From positions 11,222,001 to 11,286,000 of the forward strand of contig CAIIXF020000001.1 in assembly GCA_903813345.2 (NCBI GenBank): DNA of 64,000 nt. Direction: 5' to 3'. Positions within the stretch are counted from its first letter, which is position 1; the number at the start of each line of letters is the position of its first letter. Source of the stretch: Owenia fusiformis. Taxonomy: Eukaryota. Of the stretch, positions 52,696 to 64,000 are shown piece after piece. The notes under the pieces were generated by a model. It made no database searches. It had not been told where the DNA came from and was given only the letters and a program-made list of their open reading frames with translations. A program made the translations under genes and the position numbers.

Positions 52696-53377
52696 GCTAA
52701 TAATATCTTCTCATCTTTTAGAGTATGGAAAAATCACTTGAGGCACAACCAATCAATGGGCCATATATAGTGGTTGCTAGCTTCTAAACTGACTTAATGC
52801 AACGTTGAGTAAAATATACAAAATTAACTGAACCTTTATACTGTACTGAAAAAGTTTCCACGGCAACCTAAACATTACCTGATGAGAGCCCTACAAAAAA
52901 GCCTACATATGCATTATGTAATATATCATGGACCTTTCTGTACTGTGTGTACTGTACTGTTTATTAATACACTGTACTTAGTGTACTTATGGATTATAAC
53001 ATGCATGTATTACATTTGAAAACTCAAGGTTGCCCCCAACAACGTATTAATATTGTGAAGTTCTGTGTTATTGAACTAGACACACCTCTTTTCTGAAGAT
53101 GAGTTTACCATACTTAATATCATTGTGACTTGAACTAAGAAGCCTGTAACATTTTATTTTATTTTACCAACACTTTATTGACAATGTCAAAACAACAGCT
53201 GCAGATCTAAATGTACTTTTTACATGTATAGTTGACTGTTACTAAGCTATGCCGAGTGAAAAGGGGTATTTTGAAGGAAATTAGCAAACGATAGAGTTGA
53301 CCCACCTTGCATGCAAATGAATGGAGAGGGTAGAGTTGACAATAATTACATTTCATGCTTATTTTCTAAAATGCAGA

Positions 53378-54040
53378 ATGTAGTAAATACTACAGTGCTA
53401 CGTACAGACTGCACAATGTACAGTAGTACTACAGCATTACAGAATCTAGAATATGTCCACTACTGCAGAATGTAGTACATGTATAGTACTACAGAACTTA
53501 GTATATGTAGTACAGTATTACAGAATCAAGTATATGTCCAGTACTGCAGAATGTAGTACATGTACAGTACTACAGAATTTAGTACATGTACAGTACTACA
53601 GAATTTAGTATATGTACAGTATTACATAATTTAGTATATGTACAATATTACAGAATTCAGTATATGTACAATATTACTGAATCTTGTATATGTCCAGGAC
53701 TGCGGCATGTAGTACACATACAGTACTACAGAATTTAGTATATGTACATTATTACAGAATTGAGTATACAGTATTTACATTATTACAGAATTGAGTATGC
53801 GGTATGTACAGTATTACAGAATTGAGTATAGCGTGACATGTACAGTATTACAGAATTGAGTATACGGTATGTACAGTATTACAGAATCAAGTGTACAGTA
53901 TTACAGAATTTAGAATATGTACAGTAATGTCAAGGACTGCGGAATTTAGTACATGTACAGTACTACAGAATTTAGTATAGTATTACAGAATCATGTATAT
54001 ATATGTCCAGTACTATAGAATGTATTTCATACACAGTACT
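53378..54040. repeat. ~26-bp minisatellite (TACAGAATTTAGTATATGTACAGTAT-like)
   Basis: More than 20 degenerate tandem units. Confidence 0.9.
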
Positions 54041-54507
54041 ACCGATACTATTACCTGTCTTAATAAACAATATTTGTAACTGAAATCAAACTCCTATATG
54101 CAAACATACAGATTTTCATCATGGTATGTTTCTGTATTACATTATTTCTCAACTTAGAATAACTACCTCAGAAACCAAACAACTTTTGATACAATGAGAA
54201 ACAACTATATATAGGAAACAGGAATAGGCTTGACCTTCTTATGTTATTTACACGAGATAGTAAAGTGTAATATGGGCTAAGTACACCATAAAATAGCCAA
54301 TTGTATACTTTGAAAACATACAGGGCAACATTAGAAACTCATTTCTATTAAATTCATGCCCCTTTGGTTTGTGGAAAAGTAAGTCTTGCATCGAGCCTGT
54401 AAAGGTTATATAGGGGTTTCATTAGTCTTGCTTCAAGACCCTGCCCCCTCTTATCTACTTAAGTACTTAAGCTGTTGTAAAGTAGATAAGGGGGGGTCAG
54501 GGTTCAG

Positions 54508-55441
54508 TAGAGGCTGACGGTAATTCCGGTTATACGGTTTCGGTACGGAATTGAGCATTTACCGGTATTGAAATTATTAACCGGTTAACCGACGATAATC
54601 CCGGGGAAATAAAAAACACGTCGTTTTTAATTATTTCGTTTAATTTTCACTTTCACGATGCGTACATTTACATAGACATTTAGATGTCCATGTTTGGCAG
54701 TTCAGGTGTGATGTCCATGTTTGGCAGTTCGGATGTGATTTCCATGTTTGGCAGTTCAGGTGTGATGTAAATGTTTGGCAGTTCGGGTGTAGTAGCTTCA
54801 TGCTCAGGCTCAGATTTGGTTGTAGTTATGTTTGGCAGTTCCTGTGTAGTTGTAGTGTCAACATCAGATCCAGAAACGGAATTATGTTTGTAATAGTTAT
54901 TTACAAACAAGAAGGCATTGACAACCTCAGGTTGAAGTTGTGCCCGTTTGGAAGTGATGGTGTTGCCAGCTGCACTGAACTGGCGTTCACTTAACACGGA
55001 TGACGCAGGAATAGCATGATATGTTTCAGCCAAACTCGCCACATAAGGATATTTTCCTCCGTTTACTTTCCAAACTCAAGACAGTCAATAAAATCTATTT
55101 AACCTACCCCACCCCCATGTATACTGCACGTCGCTTGCTATTCATACAGTTGAGAAATGGTTTGAAATGTGTAATACATTTAATTTAAAACTAAAAATAC
55201 ATCTTGATTCGTAAGATACGTAGTTACATATTATTTCGTGAAGTTCATCAGTATGGATTCAAATCGGTCTTGCACCATGTATGCATATAGACTTGAGAAG
55301 CTACGGAGAGAGTTAGGAACAAAGTGGGGGTGGCAGCGCATTGGCATTTTATCTTACATATTTTTACCGGTATTTCGGTAACGGTACGGTTATTAGCGTG
55401 ACGGTTACCGGTACTGGTTTTCAGTACCGTTGCGACCTCTA
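54508..55441 (-). mobile_element. Internally deleted hAT transposon retaining the C-terminal dimerization domain
   Basis: TAGAGG...CCTCTA termini, 8-bp TSD GGGTTCAG, ACCGGT/ACGGT subterminal motifs. The frame around ORF 54680-55042 reads WKVNGGKYPYVASLAETYHAIPASSVLSERQFSAAG...KRAQL (hATC motif PASSxxSERxFS). Confidence 0.92.
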
Positions 55442-56380
55442 GGGTTCAGAGCAGTTTAATTCATTAAAATACTGCATGTACTGAAAGTGTATACAGGAAA
55501 AGGGTTGAAACTATGGATTATTGGCGCTTATATGACCAGGCTTTGGCAGGCATTTCTACATACAACAATAAATTCAAAGTTTGTTGTAGATGTTGTCATT
55601 TAGCTTGTAATTGTCAACTTTCATCATTTTATCTAAAAGAAAATCATTGTATCTAAAAGAAATAACCAAGTACTGCCTTGATATAATTATACAAGTGAGA
55701 TATACAGGTACACATATGTTTTATTTCCCAAGGCATTGTAGTATGGAAGATATATGAAGTTTTAAAAGTAACTGTTTTGATAACAATAACATTCATGATT
55801 GAAAAAAATCAGATCTATTTTCTAGGACCTAGTACATAATTTTTGTGCTGCTTGAACTCTTTAAGCAACCAATTTTATTTGTCTGGCTTTTGGATACTCA
55901 GACAGAACATTTAGGTTTTCTTATCAATCAAAATGTTTATATTTTATGTTATGAGGTAATTGTGTAGCAGGAATTGCACTTGTTAAAACTGTTTGCCATA
56001 AGGTAAAAGATTGCTCTAACTGTGAATGAATGGGGAGTCTGGAAAATGAGTACATGTTAATTATTTGTAGCCTAGATTCATATTCAAGACTGTGAATGAT
56101 GTTATATTGTGTTTTTTTAAATGGAAAGCATGTGAATTGTCAGAATACTATTGGGAGGGTGGGGGGAGTCCATCATAAGATCATAATAAATATTGTTCTA
56201 GGGATGACATCTTGAACTCATCTACTTATGGTAAAGTCATACTAATGGTGTATAAAGAACAATACTAATGCTAAGCTCAAGCCAAGAGTTGTCCTCATTT
56301 GACTTCAGAACTATCTGGACTATTACTATTATTGTAATGTATCTACAGTATGTAGAAACTATGCTTTAACTCGAGCAGTT

Positions 56381-57868
56381 TTTATCGCACTTTGAAAAAG
56401 TGCTATATTGTTGTCGTCTTGTGCTGTTGGGCGGGCGGGCGGGCGGGCGTGCGGTCGTGCGGGCGGGCGTGCGGGCGGGCGGGACATAAACCAAATCTTG
56501 TCATCAAATTTCCAGGATAACTGCTTACCTGTTCAACTTGAAATTTTTACAGATGCAAGAGCAGACTAGTACCAAGATCTGATTAGGTTAAGGGCATGCT
56601 GGGTAAACTACGTGGCGGCCATTTTGAATTTTTCAAAAAATCTTGTCATCAAAATTCCAGGAAAACCACTTATCCGTTCAACTTGAAATTTTTACAGATG
56701 CAAGAGCAGACTATTGCCAAGATCTGATTAGGTTTTGGGTATGCTGGCTGAATTACATGGTGGCCATTTTGAATTTTTCAATTTTTGCGGCCATTTTGAA
56801 TTTTTCAACTTGCTCCAAATTGACCAAATTTTTTTTTAAAAAACATCTACAAGTTCTCAGAAGTTCGAATCTGACCTTAGATTTTAGATTTGACCTTTCA
56901 TTCACCTTCAGTGACCTTGAAAAGGTCAAAAAAGTTGATTTTCTAAATTGATATTTTGGATTTAAATTTAGGTCAGCTTAATTACAAAACACCTACTGAG
57001 GACTGAAAAAGTGAAATTTTCAAGGTCGAAGGTCAAGGTCATTAAACTAGGTCACAAATGATGTTATCCAAGTTTCTCAAAGTTTGAGACTACAAATCAA
57101 TTCTTGTCATCAAAATTCCAAGAAAACCGCTAACCTGTTCAACTTGAAGTTTTTAAACATGCAATAGCAGACTAGTGCCAAGATCTGATTAGGTTTAGGG
57201 CATGCTGGGTAAACTACGTGGCGGCAATTTTGAATTTTTCAACAAATCTTGTCATCAAAATTCCAGGAAAGCCACTTATCCGTTCAACTTGAAATTTTTA
57301 CAGATGCAAGAGCAGACTATTGCCAAGATCTGATTAGGTTTTGGGCATGCTGGCTGAATTACATGGTGTCCATTTTGAATTTTTCAATTTGGCGGCCATT
57401 TTGAATTTTTCAACTTGCTCCAAATTGACCAAATTTTTTTTTTAAAAACATCTACAAGTTCTCAGAAGTTCAAATCTGACCTTAGATTTCAGATTTGACC
57501 TTTCGTTGACCTTCAGTGACCTTGAAAAGGTCAAAAATTTGATTTTCTAAATTGATATTTTGGATTTAAATTTAGGTCAGCTTAATTACAAAACACCTAC
57601 TGAGGTCTGAAAAAGTGAAATTTTCAAGGTCGAAGGTCATCAAATTAGGTCACAAACAATGTTATCTAAATTTTCCCAAAGTTCAAGACTGCAAATAAAT
57701 TCTTGTCATCAAAATTGCAGGAAAACCGCTTACCTTGTCAACTTGAAATGTTTACAGATGCAAGAGCAGACTAGTGCCAAGGTCTGATTAGGTTTTGGCC
57801 ATGCTGGGTAAATTGCATGGTGGCCAGTTTGCTCTTCAAAGTGCGATATTTATCACTGTGTGTCTTGT
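56381..57868 (-). mobile_element. HINE-like element with (GGGC)n and ~600-bp internal duplication
   Basis: TATCGCACTTTGAA / TTCAAAGTGCGATA subterminal inverted repeats, hairpin GCACTTTGAAAAAGTGC, ends CTTGT. A partial relative lies at 60210-60601. Confidence 0.8.
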
Positions 57869-58100
57869 TACCCAATAAACTATGAAGTTCACTTTTTCTG
57901 CAATATATACCTGACATTTCATGTTGAATTAACCAAAACTGTGTTGATGTATTTTTTCCAAAATTGGGACATTATTCAGCTTTAGTTCTCATACATTTAT
58001 TAGTATTAATGTTTATTAGATGCACGCAATCATAAGCAAATTTGGATTTTGTCCCAGCAACATATATCTAAAATTTAAATGTATTGATTTTGTGTTTTAG

Positions 58101-61100
58101 GGGCAGGTCCAACTACCAAAATCTGCATTGAAGAAACCAAAACCAGGTCCACTGCCCCCTGTTAAAGACTTCAATGACCATGGGGAGAAACCTCCTATGA
58201 CACCCAAGGAAATCAAAGATGCTAAAAAGAGAGAGGTAAGATCATTTATAATCTTGATCACATGACCAGATTTTTACTTAAGACTTCATATTTTTATGTG
58301 TAGCATATGCAGGTGACTGTAGCATGACATTTTTTAATGTTTCCTTCCTATTGGTTCTTCTTGAGTCTGACACAGAATCGCAATACTTCCGCAACCTATG
58401 GGAATGTGAGTCATAGAAATTGCCCACTCAAGCTTGGTCAAAATATCAATTTTTGGCGAATGTAATTTTGTTTACAATAGAGGGTCAAGAAAAGATATGT
58501 GTCTAAAAATTATTCTAGACATTCAGTATTTCATGATAGATTCATACAAATTTTTAATGAAATCAGCAAGCATCTATCATGATTCTTAGAATTCAACTGC
58601 ATACAAGGAAGAATAGCAACAAAATTATCTTTACATCCAAGTTTTTGTTTGTTCATTCCTGTTTTTGGACACTTTTAATCAATGCTATATCAGTTTTGCA
58701 GCCCATTTGTGGGAAATAGCAAAACGCATTGATCCTTCATGAACCTGGTAAATGTAAAGGTCTTTCCTCAAAATGTTTCCTCTGAATTTTCAGCAAGATG
58801 AGGCCTACTTTCAGCAGCGTAGGCGTCACATGAGCAAGCCTAGTAAACTGGCTCCTCAGAAACCTAAAAACCGTGAGGAGAGGGACCATTGGGGTCATAA
58901 GATGGAGTATTTCTTTGCATGCTTAGGGTATGCTGTAGGAATGGGGAATATTTGGAGGTTTCCATACTTCTGCTACAGAAACGGAGGAGGTATGTTGAAT
59001 ATATTACAGGGCATCATTATCCCAACGAACGAAGTTCGTTAGGGATATAGTGAAGCCCTCCGTCCGTCCGTCTGTCCGTCAGTCCGTCAGTCAGTCAGTC
59101 AGTCAGTCCGTCCGTCTGTCCGGAAGATAACTCAAATACTAGTTGACAGATTTTCTTCATATTTAGTGGAAAGATGTATATTGGTGAATAGTTTTACGCA
59201 AAAAAAAATTTTTTCAAGATGGCCGCCGCTTTAAAAATGACGGGACTTTTCGCAAAAATCATAAATTTTTCATTCTAAACCAAAGTAATTAATATTATTG
59301 TTTGAAATTTTGGTAGTGTATTCACAACATTTATCTATTTCACATATATTCTGTGTTTTTCATCCTGACCCCCAGGAGCCATGTATGGGGGGACAGGAAA
59401 ACAGAAATTTTCGCTAATTTTTAGATCTTTCTGAAGTATAGCTTTATTATACTCAAATGAAAGGCAATTAAGAGTAGATTGCAAATATTGTATCTTTTTT
59501 CTGATTCGAGCCTCGTAAAAGTCAAAATGGCCGTCTAATGTACAATTTCGCAATAATTTTTCGATCCCTTCAAAGTATGGCTATATTATACTCAAATTGA
59601 AGGAATTTTGGAGTAGATCACAATTATGGTATTATTTTTCAGATTTGTACCTCAGAAAATTCAAATGGCTGCTTTGCAGGAATTCGCAATTCTAAAATCT
59701 AATTTTTTCATTTTCAACCAAAGTAATGAGTATAATTGATTGGAATTCGGTAATTGATATTTTGTTCGTTGGGATTTGCTACTCCGCGGAGTTGCCGTTA
59801 TCTAGTTTTGGACTGAGAGCATATAGTTTATTGATATGAATGTTATTTGATGTAATTTGTTTCATTAGAATCACTTTGTAAGTTAACACAGAATGGAAAA
59901 GGGTCACATTGGCTTTATAACAAGGAGATTTAAAGCACTACTGATTTTCACATCTTTTTTTCAGAAAAAAGAGTTCAATCCTTCTGAAAATGTTAGCATA
60001 ATCATCTATTAAATATGCATACAATTATATTTTTCTAACTGCTTTGTGTCTGCAGGTGCTTTCTTGATCCCTTACCTGTTGGCCTTGGTTGTGTTTGGCA
60101 TCCCTGTGCTGTTCCTGGAAATGGCCCTGGGACAGTATGCCTCGCTGGGTATGATCACTGTCTGGAAGAAGATATGCCCTCTCTTCACAGGTAACATTTT
60201 ATGGGTGCCACATAAATCAGATCTTGTCATCAAAATTCCAGGAAAATTTCTCATCTGTTCACCTTGAGATGCAAGAACAGACTTTTGACAAAATCTGATT
60301 AGGTTTAGGGCATGCTGGGTAAATTACAAGGTGGCTATTTTGAATTTTTTTATTTCACATCTTCGGAACAAACTTGACTGTTAAAGAGTTCTGATTCTGT
60401 AAATACTTTAAAGAAAGTCTGATAATCAATCAATCAATCAATCAAATTCAAGGAAACTGCTTATCCACTCAACTTGAAATTTTTACACATGGAAGAGCAG
60501 ACAAGTGCTAACAACTGATTTGTTTTGGGCATGCTGCTGAGTATATTACATGGTGACCATTTTGATATACAAAGTGTGATATTTATCACTTTGTGCCTTG
60601 TTCTTACACATTCTTATTACATATTTGTTCATGTAGTTATGTTTGAAATGGCATATTCTATCAAGTATAATCTGTGGAACTTGCTATTATTTTTCATCTT
60701 AATATATTTATTAATTAAATGACCTCTGATCTGATCATGGAACTTGTAACAGGATCATCCAGACCAATAGCATGCACCATACAGAATACGAGAATAGCTT
60801 CCTCAAATTCTGTATGTCCTGTTTCCATGACGTTCTGGAAATGATATGACCTTGGAAATGCATCAATGAGTTGTGATTAAAACATAAAAGAAAATAAAAG
60901 TAAATGTTAAATCAATATTGCTGTATTTTGATTTGTAGGTGTAGGGTACACTGTCATTCTCGTCCTAGTGATGATCTCCATGTACTACAATGTGCTGATA
61001 GCGTATGCCTTGTTCTACCTGTTTGCTAGCATTACTGACAATATACCATGGTCCAGATGTGATAACAAATGGAATACGGAGTTCTGTATAACAACAAAAC

Positions 61101-63662
61101 CTGGAGGTTAGTTCTTCTGTGTTAGTATTTATGCATTTCTGACACCTTTGGTATGGTATACATAGTCATGGAAAATGGTTAGTATTTATGCAACTCTGAC
61201 ACCTTTGGTACGGTATACATAGTCATGGAAAATGGTCTGATTTATGAGCAATGTGAGCAATTAACTGATTGTACTGGTCTTACAGAACCTGATACTGCAT
61301 TTTTCTACAATTAATCTGTACCTTGACTACTATAATGATGGTACTTTCCTGTTATTGCAGAAGCACAATATAACGGGAGTGTGACGAGTGTACTTGTGAA
61401 TGCTACCAAAGCGGTTGGGTATAATGCTTCAGAGATGTTGACAACAATGTCACCTAATGCCACAGGCAAACCAAAGTTAAAGACACCAACTGAAGAATTT
61501 TTTGAGTAAGTTATTATTCCTGGTCTTGATTAATATCTGGATGTATTTTGTTTTATTGAGATTTTTGAATATGAAGTGGAACTTGATGGCTAGAAAGATT
61601 CATTCCTCAGATTTTTCAAGTTCAGAATATAACATGTTAAAACCTTATTGCTCTGTTTTCATTAATTTTGAAATGATCAAGTGCAAAAAAATGTTTAGGA
61701 CACTGTGACTATTCTTTTTGATTATGTGATGATTATGTGTTTATGTCACCACCAAAAGGTCAAGGAAGGTATTTTTTCATATTGAGCAAATTTCTTTTTC
61801 AAATTCATCTAAAAGTTCTCAGAAGTTCAAATCTGACTAGACTTGAGATTTGACCTTTGCTTGACCTACAATACATATGTAACAATAGTTACACTTCTGT
61901 AACCATTTGCAGGTGTTGACATTTTGTCATGTTAATGCCTTGTTATTGTTATTACTATTATTACTATTATTACAGGCGTCACCTTCTTCAGGTGACAGGT
62001 GGTATATCTGAAGTAGGTGTAGTCCAATGGCCTCTAGTGGTGTGCCTCATTGTGTCATGGGTAGTCATATTCTTCTGCCTCTGGAAGGGAGTCAAATCTA
62101 TGGGCAAAGTAAGAGAAAATACATACATGTATCTTTGTAAAACACTTTAAAGATGAGACCAGTTTTATTGATTTTTGAAACTGCAGATTTTTTTTAACCC
62201 ATTGTAAGTATCTGGATGGTGTCATACATTCTTTTCTGAAAAAGAGTAAAAATAAATTATTTTAATATTTTAGAGATTTTGAACAAATTATTTGATTATA
62301 TTTGGCTAACTGAAAATATTTGTATTATATTTTCTATATTTCTCTTTTAATTACCATGTTTCAGGCTGTGTATTTTACTGCTGGGTTCCCCTATGTTGTG
62401 CTTACTATACTGCTAGTACGTGGTGTCACTCTACCAGGGTCTATGGATGGAATCATCTACTACCTTAAGCCAGAGTGGAGTAAACTCAGTCAGCCACAGG
62501 TAAGTCATAGGGAGGTTGAAATATATGTTTTCAAGAGAGGTAGAATTATGGTCCTTTACGGATTAGTTCTACCCTTCATCCTTCATAGTATTGACTCGCC
62601 CAATTGAGTATAAAGGTTATAGGTCAAATAATTGTAATCAGCTCCCTTGAAAACCAATTGAGAGAGATGGGGACTGTATACTCCAGGATAATTAAAGTAC
62701 AAGTTCATATACAAGATCTCTAAAAATGTGTAGCCTTATCTATCTAATAATAAAATATAGTAATATATTATACACATACTCAATCAAATTGAAGAAAGAT
62801 TGATTTAAGGTAATTGATGACGTAACTTGGCTCCACGCAAAAGCATTTAAGCAATGATTTGACATGTGTTTGGCTTTAGGACACATGAATTCTGTGATAT
62901 CGCACTGAGTTTTTAATTTGGAAGCATTAAATTAATTACGTGATTAACATTAAATATTGAAAAAATGTATTTTTGGAAGAGCAATAGTAAAAAAGGAAGT
63001 TGATGAAAGTTGATTTTTAAAGTTCGTGGCATAAATGTTGTTGTTCAGTACATTCTGTAAATCCTGTCGTTCTCTCATACCCAAATGGATCAAAATGTTT
63101 TCTAGTTTTTAATTGCAACATTACAGGTGTGGGGCGAAGCATGTGTGCAGATCTTCCTCTCTCTGGCCCTTGGAACAGGTGGCTGGGTCACACTGTCAAG
63201 TTACAACAAATACAGTAACAATTGTAGAAGGTATGAAGTGTGACTATGGACGCCTTATTTGCATGGAGAGCTTATATTAATTTTACTTCTTCAGTACACC
63301 ATTTACATTACCTGAGAAATGTAGATTGATTGAAACCACATGTTACGATTCTGTTTGGGATATCATTGGTTTGACAACTATTTGAATGGATTCACTTTTA
63401 AACTTTCTTTATGTGCCTTTATTGGAATCTATCAATATCTTATAGGTATTCCATAAAGTAACATCTCCAAGTAATATTGAACTTGAAGAATCCTGTTCAA
63501 TATTATTTAAATAACCTCAATATTATTGACATTTCAGGGATGCTATTATAGTTGCCATAGCAAACAGTGTCACAAGTCTCTACGCCGGGTTCGTCATCTT
63601 CAGTGTCCTTGGGTTCATGGCTTACAAAAAGGGAGTCAATGTTGCTGATGTGGCTGATGTTG
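58101..63662 (+). CDS. SLC6 sodium/chloride-dependent neurotransmitter/amino-acid transporter (glycine/proline-transporter-like), partial; TM1-TM7 present, continues past window end
   Basis: Phase-compatible GT-AG exons: 58101-58235, 58794-58989, 60056-60190, 60939-61106, 61361-61505, 61976-62108, 62365-62499, 63127-63230, 63538-63662. Motifs: [60 protein letters not shown]2 Cys pair [14 protein letters not shown] with N-glycosylation sequons, [39 protein letters not shown]. Gly rather than Asp in TM1 (AVGMGN) indicates an amino-acid rather than monoamine transporter. Confidence 0.95.
59016..59806 (-). mobile_element. HINE-like element related to the 27579/48528 family
   Basis: ATCCCAACGAAC / GTTCGTTGGGAT subterminal repeats, hairpin ACGAACGAAGTTCGT, (GTCC/GTCA)n, ends CTAGT. 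Confidence 0.8.
60210..60601 (-). mobile_element. Truncated HINE-like element (56381 family)
   Basis: Shares ATCTTGTCATCAAAATTCCAGGAAA units and the end AAAGTGTGATATTTATCACT..CTTGT. Confidence 0.7.
61741..61943 (-). mobile_element. Mini HINE-like element (ACAAG family)
   Basis: TTATGTCACCACC...GACATTTTGTCATGTTAATGCCTTGT; a reverse-complement relative of 11024-11318. Confidence 0.7.
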
Positions 63663-64000
63663 GTAAGAAGTCTCTCTTCAAAATCTCTTGTCTCTGTATT
63701 ATGTTGACAGAAATAATTCATTTCTTGCATAAACATGTAGTGCAAATTCGCTGATTCTTTTAACAGGTGCACATAACCAAAACATTGTTAACCATAATAT
63801 GCAACCGTAAAAATCATCAGATGATAACATACTCTGGAATTATTAACATTACTCAATTTATCACATCAAAACTATGGCTCAGTTTCATAAAGGACCATAT
63901 GTTGTTTGTAGAATGAATCTTGGGAGCTTTTTCATGCATTTCGCTTGTGTTTTTCATCTAAAAAACATCAATACACTTTAAAACATTTCATGGACTATAA

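Overview
AT-rich, intron-rich animal DNA, most likely a marine invertebrate (species not determinable here). It is not prokaryotic: no CRISPR array, rRNA or tRNA was seen. Two host genes appear to lie head to head. (1) A complete CAND1 gene on the minus strand, reconstructed by hand as 29 coding exons (37860->10829, 3705 nt, 1234 aa, one GC-AG intron). (2) An SLC6 Na+/Cl- amino-acid-type transporter on the plus strand. Its exons at 58101-63662 are firm and the gene runs off the window; its probable first coding exon is at 38332-38367, 472 bp from the CAND1 ATG. Introns and intergenic DNA are filled with nested non-autonomous transposons: Academ-type, Mutator-like, hAT, Tc1/pogo, Harbinger/Zator-like, Kolobok-like, about 14 Helentron-associated (HINE-like) elements and a HERO-like retrotransposon remnant. 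The most notable observations are: HINE orientation flips at the shared promoter; a 5-kb palindrome is built from two Academ 3' ends; the SLC6 substrate site is atypical; and CAND1 exon-intron junctions are repeatedly duplicated in tandem. I cannot support a claim of a wholly new biological system; these are testable leads. All coordinates and alignments were read by eye.
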